Shown here piece after piece: positions 17,627 to 24,000 of a DNA stretch of 24,000 bases. Source of the DNA: Erysipelotrichaceae bacterium (GTDB lineage: Bacteria > Bacillota_I > Bacilli_A > Erysipelotrichales > Coprobacillaceae). A program made the position numbers and the translations under genes. The notes beneath the pieces are model-generated. The model was not told the origin of the DNA. It did no database searches and was given only the letters and a program-made list of their open reading frames with translations. How positions within the stretch are numbered: the stretch's first letter is position 1; each line of letters begins with the position of its first letter. The DNA lies in the NCBI GenBank assembly GCA_017633115.1, contig JAGBPZ010000134.1, forward strand, positions 4,852 to 28,851, written 5' to 3'.

Positions 17627-17975
17627 AGGCAGTATTTTACAAATCACGCTGGTCATTATTACAATCATGATGCAAGTATTACTGTCATATTCACTTTATA
17701 TTCAGCAAACAGCGAAATATGATCAAAGCATTATCCTCCTTAATGAGCAGCGTGAGATGGAAATCTATTTTCATCGACATTTATTAAAGACATACGAGGA
17801 TGATATATTACTAAGTGATGCGATTATTGGGGAAAATGGCAGATTGAAATACACTGTGGATGATATGGGTGATTATTATCTTCTCAACATTGAAATAGAT
17901 ACTCAGTTCTATAAATATTCAATAGAAGCAAAGCTTGATTTAGAGGATGGGCATTACAAGAGTTATGAGTATTAA
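17610..17975 (+). CDS. comGG: ComGG-like minor pseudopilin / last gene of comG operon
   Basis: 'MKKHHRG-SILQITLVIITIMMQVLLSY' hydrophobic N-terminus; last ORF of the series; ORF track start at 17571 is also possible. Confidence 0.6.
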   Translation: MKKHHRGSILQITLVIITIMMQVLLSYSLYIQQTAKYDQSIILLNEQREMEIYFHRHLLKTYEDDILLSDAIIGENGRLKYTVDDMGDYYLLNIEIDTQFYKYSIEAKLDLEDGHYKSYEY

Positions 17976-17995
17976 AAAAAGACGTTGTTAACGCC
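17974..17995 (-). terminator. Intrinsic terminator of MBL-fold hydrolase gene
   Basis: Minus strand GGCGTT-AAC-AACGTC followed by a T run; contains the stop codon at 17988-17990. Confidence 0.65.
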
Positions 17996-18596
17996 TTTCT
18001 TGAATTTGCCTTAAATAAGGATTATACATTTGTTCAGTTGATAAAGTTGACTGTGGACCATGACCTGGATAGACAACTGCATCAAAGTTTAAGAACGCAA
18101 TTTTTCTTAATGACTGAATCAATTCTTCAACATTGGCCGTTGGTAAATCATAACGGCCAATTGAATTTTTGAATAATGTATCACCAGTAAACAAAGCATT
18201 TTCTTCTTTGTAGTAATATAAACCACTATCATGAGTGTGGCCTGGTGTATAAATAAAATCAAAATGCATATCACAAATCGTGATACCTTTGCCTATATCT
18301 AATACAGGTGTATTGACAACTTTTCCCAGAGTGAGATTGTCATCTTTAACAAAAGAGGCAGTTAATTGATGCGCATAAACTGGACAATGATATTTTTCAG
18401 ATAATTCATCTACAGCAACGATATGGTCAAAATGTCCATGAGTCAAAAGAATCGCTTGCAGATTTAAAGAATGTTTTTCTAAAAAATGAACAATTTCATT
18501 ATATCTACAACCAGGATCGATAATAACGCAATCATGATTTTTCCAGATTAAATAAGTGTTTTCCTGCATGTCCCAGCTTACTAATTTTTCAATCAT
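17988..18596 (-). CDS. MBL-fold metallo-hydrolase (glyoxalase II-like)
   Basis: 202 aa; 'LTHGHFDHIVAVDEL', 'FIYTPGHTHDSGLYYYKEENALFTGDTLF', 'VVYPGHGPQSTL'. Confidence 0.93.
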   Translation of the reverse strand: MIEKLVSWDMQENTYLIWKNHDCVIIDPGCRYNEIVHFLEKHSLNLQAILLTHGHFDHIVAVDELSEKYHCPVYAHQLTASFVKDDNLTLGKVVNTPVLDIGKGITICDMHFDFIYTPGHTHDSGLYYYKEENALFTGDTLFKNSIGRYDLPTANVEELIQSLRKIAFLNFDAVVYPGHGPQSTLSTEQMYNPYLRQIQERR

Positions 18597-18620
18597 AAAT
18601 GTTCCTCCTTTATTAAGAAA

Positions 18621-18654
18621 GTAAAATAAAACTAGAAGTCATAAAACTCCTAGT
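18621..18654 (-). terminator. Intrinsic terminator downstream of rpmG
   Basis: Minus strand ACTAGGAG-TTTTATGA-CTTCTAGT (one G-T pair) followed by TTTATTTTA. Confidence 0.65.
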
Positions 18655-18664
18655 ATATTTTAGA

Positions 18665-18814
18665 TTATTTCTTTTCTCTGTGTTCAGTCTTCTTATTACA
18701 TCTTGGGCAATACTTTTTGATTGTCTGTCTACCAGGATGAGTTCTTTTGTTTTTAGTACCGATGTAGTTTTCTTCACCACATTCTGTACATTTGAAGATA
18801 ATGTTATCTCGCAT
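18665..18814 (-). CDS. rpmG: 50S ribosomal protein L33, 49 aa (below the ORF-track length cut-off)
   Basis: Manual translation [49 protein letters not shown] with CxxC...CxxC zinc ribbon; RBS GGAGGT upstream. Exact ends could be off by 1 nt because of homopolymers. Confidence 0.85.
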   Translation of the reverse strand: MRDNIIFKCTECGEENYIGTKNKRTHPGRQTIKKYCPRCNKKTEHREKK

Positions 18815-18878
18815 TTTTTTACCTCCTATAGCTTACTCGCCACAATATAATAACACAACCATTATCAAAATGCTAGTA

Positions 18879-20942
18879 TTATTTTTTATAACCATATTTC
18901 TTAAAATAATAGCTGAATGCGGACTTTGCAATACGCATATGACTCGCATTATTTAACTGTCTTTCAGCCAAGACAGCTACGCAAACTTTTGGTTTTGATC
19001 CATAAGGTCCAAACCCTATAAAGATATGATTTGGATGGTCGGTATTACCAGTACCTGTATAGTCTTCTGCAGTACCAGTTTTACCTGCAACATCATACTC
19101 AAATCCACTAAACGCTGATGCTCCTGTACCATATGTTACAACAGCTCTCATACCCTTCTTGATTTGCTTGAAGGCATCTTTTTCATAACTGACATCATCG
19201 ACAATTTCTTTATTGTATTGATTAAGAGTGATGATTTCACCAGATTTATCATAAGCAAAAGAACTCTTGTAAAGATGAGGTTTGATTCTGACACCATCAT
19301 TAGCAATTGTCATGGTATAGGTAATAAGTTGCATCATAGAATATGTATCGTATTGTCCAATTGAAAAGTCAAGCAGATTACCAGGTAGAGTTGAGTTGCC
19401 ACGATAGCCAAGTGTTTCACTAGGCAAGTCAATACCTGATTTAACACCCAACCCGAGTTCACCAGCACCATTACGTAAAAGAGTAAAAGCATTAGGATTA
19501 ACATCCAAAGGCTGATTGTAACGATAAGTTCCATTACCTAGTTTGATAACCAGTTTCATCATATAGATGTTTGAAGAATAAGCAAGCGCTGTGACTTCAT
19601 TAAGGTTACCTAAACCTTTGAGATTCCATGAATGTTTAGCTTTTGTACCAGCGATTTTGATACCTTCCGCCGTATCTGTTTCATAATGATTCTTGTTGAT
19701 GATTCGATTTTTAAAGCATGTGTAAATGACAGAGGCCTTCATAGTTGAGCCAATACGATAAGCATATTGATATGTGCCATAATCACATTCTGAAATCTTG
19801 CCAGTCTTTTTATTGATTTCTCGACCGACCATAGCAAGAATATCGCCAGTTTCCGGATCTGCAACCATTGCGTAAATATGTTTAGCGTATTTTGCTTCGC
19901 CGCGATGGGCTCGCAGCTCTTTGTCAATCAATTTTGTCAGATGCTTTTGCATCTTCATATCAATTGTCAATTGAATGTTTTGTCCATTTGAGCCTGGATT
20001 TTTTTCTTTGACAATTGGATTGCCATTACTATCATACGTTAATTCATAAAGTGATTTTTCTCCACTTAGAATATCTTCGTATTGTGATTCAATACCTGAA
20101 GTGCCATAACGTGCATCATTACTATAATCCAAAGCAAGAAGCTGATCTTTCAAATTGGCAGGAATGCCCTGCTTCTTTGTAGTAATACGACCAAGTGTCT
20201 GACGTAATAATTTACCATTTGTGTAAGCTCGCTGCCAGTCACTTGTAACAACAATGCCACGTAACAGATAACTGTTTTCGCCGATTATACCTGCTTCCTT
20301 AATGGAAATATTCTCAATCAGATTGGCATAACCACTGCGACAATTTTTAATAGCATAATAGAGTTTGTAATAGCGTACATCATCATTAGATAGATGTTTC
20401 TTTAAAATTTTCTTAGTGATACGTTTTAACTGAAGATTGTAATATTGAGTATCGAAATCTTCCTCTTCTCTTAACTGTTTATATTCTTCTTCGGTAATCA
20501 GAGATTTGACAAATTCTGGTTCCTTCATAATAAGATAATCCTTCTTCTCTCTTGTCGTTACTGAAGAAATATCAATTTTACAGTTTTTAACCAGGAAATT
20601 AACGATAGCTACACGTTCTTCCTCTTTAATGCCACTGACTGCATAATAAGTTGCATTGATGACATTTTTATTGTAGACAAGCTTTTTGTAGTTACGATCA
20701 GTTATTTCACCACGAAGAGCATCAACCTGAAATGTATTGGCATTGTATTCATCAAGCTTCGCATTGTAGTAAGTATTTTGCCCTACTTGAATAATCAATA
20801 AACGACCTGCAAACAGGACACCTACTGCAAGCACGAAGACAATGATCAACTTGATACGATTGTTGATGACGTTTTGCGTCAAACGTTTTTCTTCGTTGAT
20901 TTCTTTCGTACCTTTAAAATGTATTCTCGGTGTTTTCTTCAT
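18879..20942 (-). CDS. Class B penicillin-binding protein (transpeptidase), monofunctional PBP2-like
   Basis: 687 aa; single N-terminal TM; 'ARYGTSGIESQYEDILSG', catalytic 'GSTMKA', 'YSSNIY', 'AGKTGTAE'. Confidence 0.92.
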   Translation of the reverse strand: MKKTPRIHFKGTKEINEEKRLTQNVINNRIKLIIVFVLAVGVLFAGRLLIIQVGQNTYYNAKLDEYNANTFQVDALRGEITDRNYKKLVYNKNVINATYYAVSGIKEEERVAIVNFLVKNCKIDISSVTTREKKDYLIMKEPEFVKSLITEEEYKQLREEEDFDTQYYNLQLKRITKKILKKHLSNDDVRYYKLYYAIKNCRSGYANLIENISIKEAGIIGENSYLLRGIVVTSDWQRAYTNGKLLRQTLGRITTKKQGIPANLKDQLLALDYSNDARYGTSGIESQYEDILSGEKSLYELTYDSNGNPIVKEKNPGSNGQNIQLTIDMKMQKHLTKLIDKELRAHRGEAKYAKHIYAMVADPETGDILAMVGREINKKTGKISECDYGTYQYAYRIGSTMKASVIYTCFKNRIINKNHYETDTAEGIKIAGTKAKHSWNLKGLGNLNEVTALAYSSNIYMMKLVIKLGNGTYRYNQPLDVNPNAFTLLRNGAGELGLGVKSGIDLPSETLGYRGNSTLPGNLLDFSIGQYDTYSMMQLITYTMTIANDGVRIKPHLYKSSFAYDKSGEIITLNQYNKEIVDDVSYEKDAFKQIKKGMRAVVTYGTGASAFSGFEYDVAGKTGTAEDYTGTGNTDHPNHIFIGFGPYGSKPKVCVAVLAERQLNNASHMRIAKSAFSYYFKKYGYKK

Positions 20943-20983
20943 AATCTATATATAGTTAATAATCCTTCCTGATGTCTAAAATC

Positions 20984-21011
20984 ATTATAACCTTATGCCC
21001 TTTAAAATCAA
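20984..21011 (-). promoter_or_regulatory. Predicted sigma-A type promoter for the PBP gene
   Basis: Minus strand TTGATT, 16 nt spacer, TATAAT, about 40 nt upstream of the ATG. Confidence 0.6.
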
Positions 21012-21036
21012 TATCGGTTTTATAAATCACACAATT

Positions 21037-21059
21037 AAAAAGATGGCATAATACCATCT
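21037..21059 (-). terminator. Intrinsic terminator of lepA
   Basis: Minus strand AGATGG-loop-CCATCT followed by TTTTAATTG; 5' arm overlaps the lepA stop codon. Confidence 0.65.
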
Positions 21060-22866
21060 ATTTATCATCATCAACGGAAAGAATTGCCATAAAGGCTTCC
21101 TGAGGCACTTCAACACTGCCAACTGCCTTCATTCGCTTTTTACCTTCTTTTTGCTTTTCTAAGAGCTTTTTCTTACGACTAATATCTCCGCCATAACATT
21201 TAGCTAATACATTCTTACGGACAGCTTTAATATTTGTTCTGGCAATGACACGTCCCTGCAATGAAGCCTGAACCGGTACTTCAAACTGTTGACGTGGAAT
21301 TAAACGTTTAAGTTTTTGACAAATCAACAATCCTCTGGCATGGGCAAAATCACGATGGACGATTGTTGACAAGGCATCGACCACTTCACCATTTAATAAA
21401 ATATCCATCTTTGTCAACTGGGATTGACGATATTCGTTCAGCTCATAGTCAAACGATGCATAGCCTTTTGTAACAGACTTTAACTTGTCAAAGAAATCAT
21501 AGATGATTTCAGAAAGCGGTAAATCATAAATGATATTACGTCTTGCATCATCAAGAAATTCAATATCAACATATTCCCCACGCTTGCTTTGACACAATTC
21601 CATAATTGGGCCAATATATGTATCTGGTGTCATTATTGTAGCTCTGACATAAGGTTCTTCAATATGATGGAGAATACCAGGGTCTGGGAATTTTGCCGGG
21701 TTATCAATCGCAACCATTGTTCCATCAGTTAGATAACAATGATAGACGACTGAAGGTGCAGTAGCAATTAGATCCAAATCGAATTCTCGTTCAAGACGTT
21801 CTTCTATAACGTCCATATGCAAGAGTCCTAAGAAACCACATCTAAAGCCAAATCCAAGTGCCTGTGATGTCTCAGCTTCAAAAACTAGCGAAGAATCACT
21901 TAATTGAATCTTTTCCAAGGCTTCACGTAAATCTTTATATTTTGCGTTATCAACAGGATAAAGACCACAATAAACCATTGGATTCATACGGCGATAACCA
22001 GGTAAAACTTCAGTTGCAAGATTTTCTGTTGTTGTGACTGTATCACCTACATGAACATCCTGAATAGATTTGATGCTTGCTGCCACCCATCCTACTTCGC
22101 CTGCTACAAGTTCATCTTTCTTGATTTCATTAGGCGTTCTAATACCTAATTCAGTGACTTCGTATGTTGCATCTGTAGCCATAAATTTAATATGATCACC
22201 AACATGAATAGAACCTTCTTTAATACAGACTAAGATGATGACACCACGATAGGAATCATAATAAGAGTCGAAGATCAACGCCTGTGTAGGATTGTCAACT
22301 TTTCCCTGAGGTGCGGGAAAGTTCGTGACAATTGCTTCTAAAACATCTTCGACATTTTGCCCTGTTTTGGCAGAAATTAGAGGTGCATTTTCAGCTGGCA
22401 ATCCAATGACGTCTTCAATTTCCTTCATGACTCTTTCTGGATCAGCACTTGGCAAATCAATTTTATTAATGACAGGTAAGATTTCTAAGTCATTATCCAA
22501 TGCCAGGTAGACGTTTGCGAGTGTTTGTGCTTCAATACCCTGCGCAGCATCAACGACTAATACAGCACCATCACATGCTGCCAATGATCTTGAAACTTCA
22601 TAGGAAAAGTCGACATGGCCCGGAGTATCAATAAGATGTAAGATATAAGTCTTACCGTCTTTTGCTTTGTATTGCAACTGGACCGCATTTAATTTAATTG
22701 TAATTCCACGCTCACGTTCAAGTTCCATGCTGTCGAGTAATTGATCACGCATTTCACGATCACTGATAGTTCCTGTCAACTGTAAAATACGGTCAGCAAG
22801 GGTACTTTTACCATGGTCGATATGAGCAATGATTGAGAAATTTCTAATTAAAGATTGATCGATCAT
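21058..22866 (-). CDS. lepA: Elongation factor 4 (LepA GTPase)
   Basis: 602 aa; '[17 protein letters not shown]', '[14 protein letters not shown]', '[36 protein letters not shown]', C-terminal '[39 protein letters not shown]'-like region. Confidence 0.98.
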   Translation of the reverse strand: MIDQSLIRNFSIIAHIDHGKSTLADRILQLTGTISDREMRDQLLDSMELERERGITIKLNAVQLQYKAKDGKTYILHLIDTPGHVDFSYEVSRSLAACDGAVLVVDAAQGIEAQTLANVYLALDNDLEILPVINKIDLPSADPERVMKEIEDVIGLPAENAPLISAKTGQNVEDVLEAIVTNFPAPQGKVDNPTQALIFDSYYDSYRGVIILVCIKEGSIHVGDHIKFMATDATYEVTELGIRTPNEIKKDELVAGEVGWVAASIKSIQDVHVGDTVTTTENLATEVLPGYRRMNPMVYCGLYPVDNAKYKDLREALEKIQLSDSSLVFEAETSQALGFGFRCGFLGLLHMDVIEERLEREFDLDLIATAPSVVYHCYLTDGTMVAIDNPAKFPDPGILHHIEEPYVRATIMTPDTYIGPIMELCQSKRGEYVDIEFLDDARRNIIYDLPLSEIIYDFFDKLKSVTKGYASFDYELNEYRQSQLTKMDILLNGEVVDALSTIVHRDFAHARGLLICQKLKRLIPRQQFEVPVQASLQGRVIARTNIKAVRKNVLAKCYGGDISRKKKLLEKQKEGKKRMKAVGSVEVPQEAFMAILSVDDDK

Positions 22867-22884
22867 AATGATTTCCTTTTCTAG

Positions 22885-23178
22885 TTAGTGAAGTTTGAAT
22901 TTCTCCATGAAAATGCAATAATTGATATCACTGTCAGTTTTCATGAAAGCATCAAGATGTCCCCAAACAGTGATTTCAGTTCCAACTTCACTATTTTCTT
23001 TTATATAATTCGCATCACCAATCCATAAACGGACTGGAATGGTAATAGAGTTCTTTTTCAGATAATCCAGATAGACACAGATATACATCAACTGATCACC
23101 GTGATAATTGTTCGCCAAATTTTGTTTGCGTTCTGGCATTTGCACAATTGTACCAAAAATAGAAACATTTGAAAACAT
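22885..23178 (-). CDS. Small hypothetical protein, SSB-like OB-fold candidate
   Basis: 97 aa; begins MFSNVSIFGTIVQMPE and continues with IPVRLWIGDANYIKENSEVGTEITVWGHLDAF, same order of elements as bacterial SSB N-terminal domains. Confidence 0.7.
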   Translation of the reverse strand: MFSNVSIFGTIVQMPERKQNLANNYHGDQLMYICVYLDYLKKNSITIPVRLWIGDANYIKENSEVGTEITVWGHLDAFMKTDSDINYCIFMEKFKLH

Positions 23179-23281
23179 CCATTTGACCTCCTTGATTATA
23201 AAACTTTGTACGAATTATAACAAGTAGGCTTTAATAAAGAGTCCGATGGTACAAAATCGACATAAATTGATATTTATAATC

Positions 23282-23605
23282 CTATTTTAAGTGTACCATT
23301 GCGATAACATAGTGGTTTTCATGACTGATAGAAATGAGTGCATCTGGATCATTAAGGTAAGGCTGACCACTTTCATAATTGAGAATTTCAATATCCTGAA
23401 AGCTGATGTCACCAAGTCCTTTTCCATACGCCTTCATATAAGCTTCTTTTCCTGCAAAACGTCCACCTACATATTCACGTTGACGTTTAGGTCCCATTTC
23501 AAGAAAACAGGCATATTCTTTTTCTGTAAGAATACGCCTGATTAATTTGTCATTGTGAATATCGATACGGTTTAAATCCAGGAGATCTATTCCAATACCG
23601 CGCAT
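23282..23605 (-). CDS. acpS: Holo-[acyl-carrier-protein] synthase
   Basis: 107 aa; 'GIGIDLLDLNRI', 'RFAGKEAYMKAYGKG', 'ISFQDIEIL'. Confidence 0.95.
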   Translation of the reverse strand: MRGIGIDLLDLNRIDIHNDKLIRRILTEKEYACFLEMGPKRQREYVGGRFAGKEAYMKAYGKGLGDISFQDIEILNYESGQPYLNDPDALISISHENHYVIAMVHLK

Positions 23606-24000
23606 TAGTCTTTAAACTTCTTTTCGTATAATGTCATTAATTCATCAAGACTCATATTATCATCGATTTCATCAATCAAAGATTCATCTTTCTTACGAAT
23701 CAATCTGAATTTACCAGTACGTTCTTCGATGATTTTTAAATCGTCCTGAGTCTGTTCACTGATTGTTGCAATATTACGTAAACGATCTTCTACAGAGCCG
23801 ATGACTTTGGCACTGTCAACAGGTTTATCGTTATCATCTGGAGCTTCTAAAACAACTTTTTCACGTTTCTTTCTTGGAGCTCTTTTCTTCTTTTCTTTTG
23901 GTTTTTCTTCTTTGACTTCTTCGATTGTTTCAACATTTTCGATTGTTTCTACTGTTTCTTCGACAACGTCTTCGTTTTTATCATTTTCTTCATCTTCAAC
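23605..24000 (-). CDS. C-terminal part of a highly charged protein, truncated by the window edge, unknown function
   Basis: Open frame to the window edge, 131 residues: VEDEENDKNEDVVEETVETIENVETIEEVKEEKPKEKKKRAPRKKREKVVLEAPDDNDKPVDSAKVIGSVEDRLRNIATISEQTQDDLKIIEERTGKFRLIRKKDESLIDEIDDNMSLDELMTLYEKKFKD; stop overlaps acpS start (TAATG). Confidence 0.75.
   Translation of the reverse strand, partial: VEDEENDKNEDVVEETVETIENVETIEEVKEEKPKEKKKRAPRKKREKVVLEAPDDNDKPVDSAKVIGSVEDRLRNIATISEQTQDDLKIIEERTGKFRLIRKKDESLIDEIDDNMSLDELMTLYEKKFKD

Noticed and set aside
18710-18722. Possible 1-nt deletion in the rpmG homopolymer (T4 vs T5 on the plus strand) that would break L33 after residue 33
   Set aside because: By-eye homopolymer counts were not reliable. 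Line-length and flanking ORF anchors are consistent with an intact 150-nt, 49-aa L33 gene, which is the likelier reading. Machine translation of the 18639-18815 region would settle it.
1-24000. CRISPR arrays, tRNA/rRNA genes, integrase-flanked islands, toxin-antitoxin or phage-defence genes
   Set aside because: None seen on scanning. The only tyrosine recombinase is the housekeeping XerD in a conserved cluster, not a mobile-element integrase.

Overview
Low-GC Gram-positive chromosomal window (Erysipelotrichia-like by gene content and protein style; this lineage is inferred, not searched). It is almost entirely housekeeping. A long minus-strand cluster runs efp, asp23-family, nusB, xseA, xseB, ispA, dxs, tlyA, recN, dinB, xerD, deoB and a small membrane protein. 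Divergent to it is a complete late-competence pseudopilus operon (comGA-comGG). Then, on the minus strand, come an MBL-fold hydrolase, rpmG (L33), a class B PBP, lepA, a small SSB-like ORF, acpS and a truncated charged protein. The left edge carries the C-terminus of an Ig-like (BIG2) domain protein and a YitT-family protein. I found no CRISPR array, rRNA, tRNA or intact mobile element, and no clear new multigene defence or biosynthetic system. The items most worth following up are: (i) EF-P with a non-canonical tip loop (NKTARAAAN, Arg at the position of the modified Lys32) instead of PGKG; (ii) a recurrent layout in which intrinsic-terminator hairpins overlap or abut stop codons; (iii) a 97-aa SSB-like OB-fold candidate; (iv) a roughly 650-bp non-coding interval in an otherwise compact region; (v) an A/T palindrome immediately upstream of comGA.
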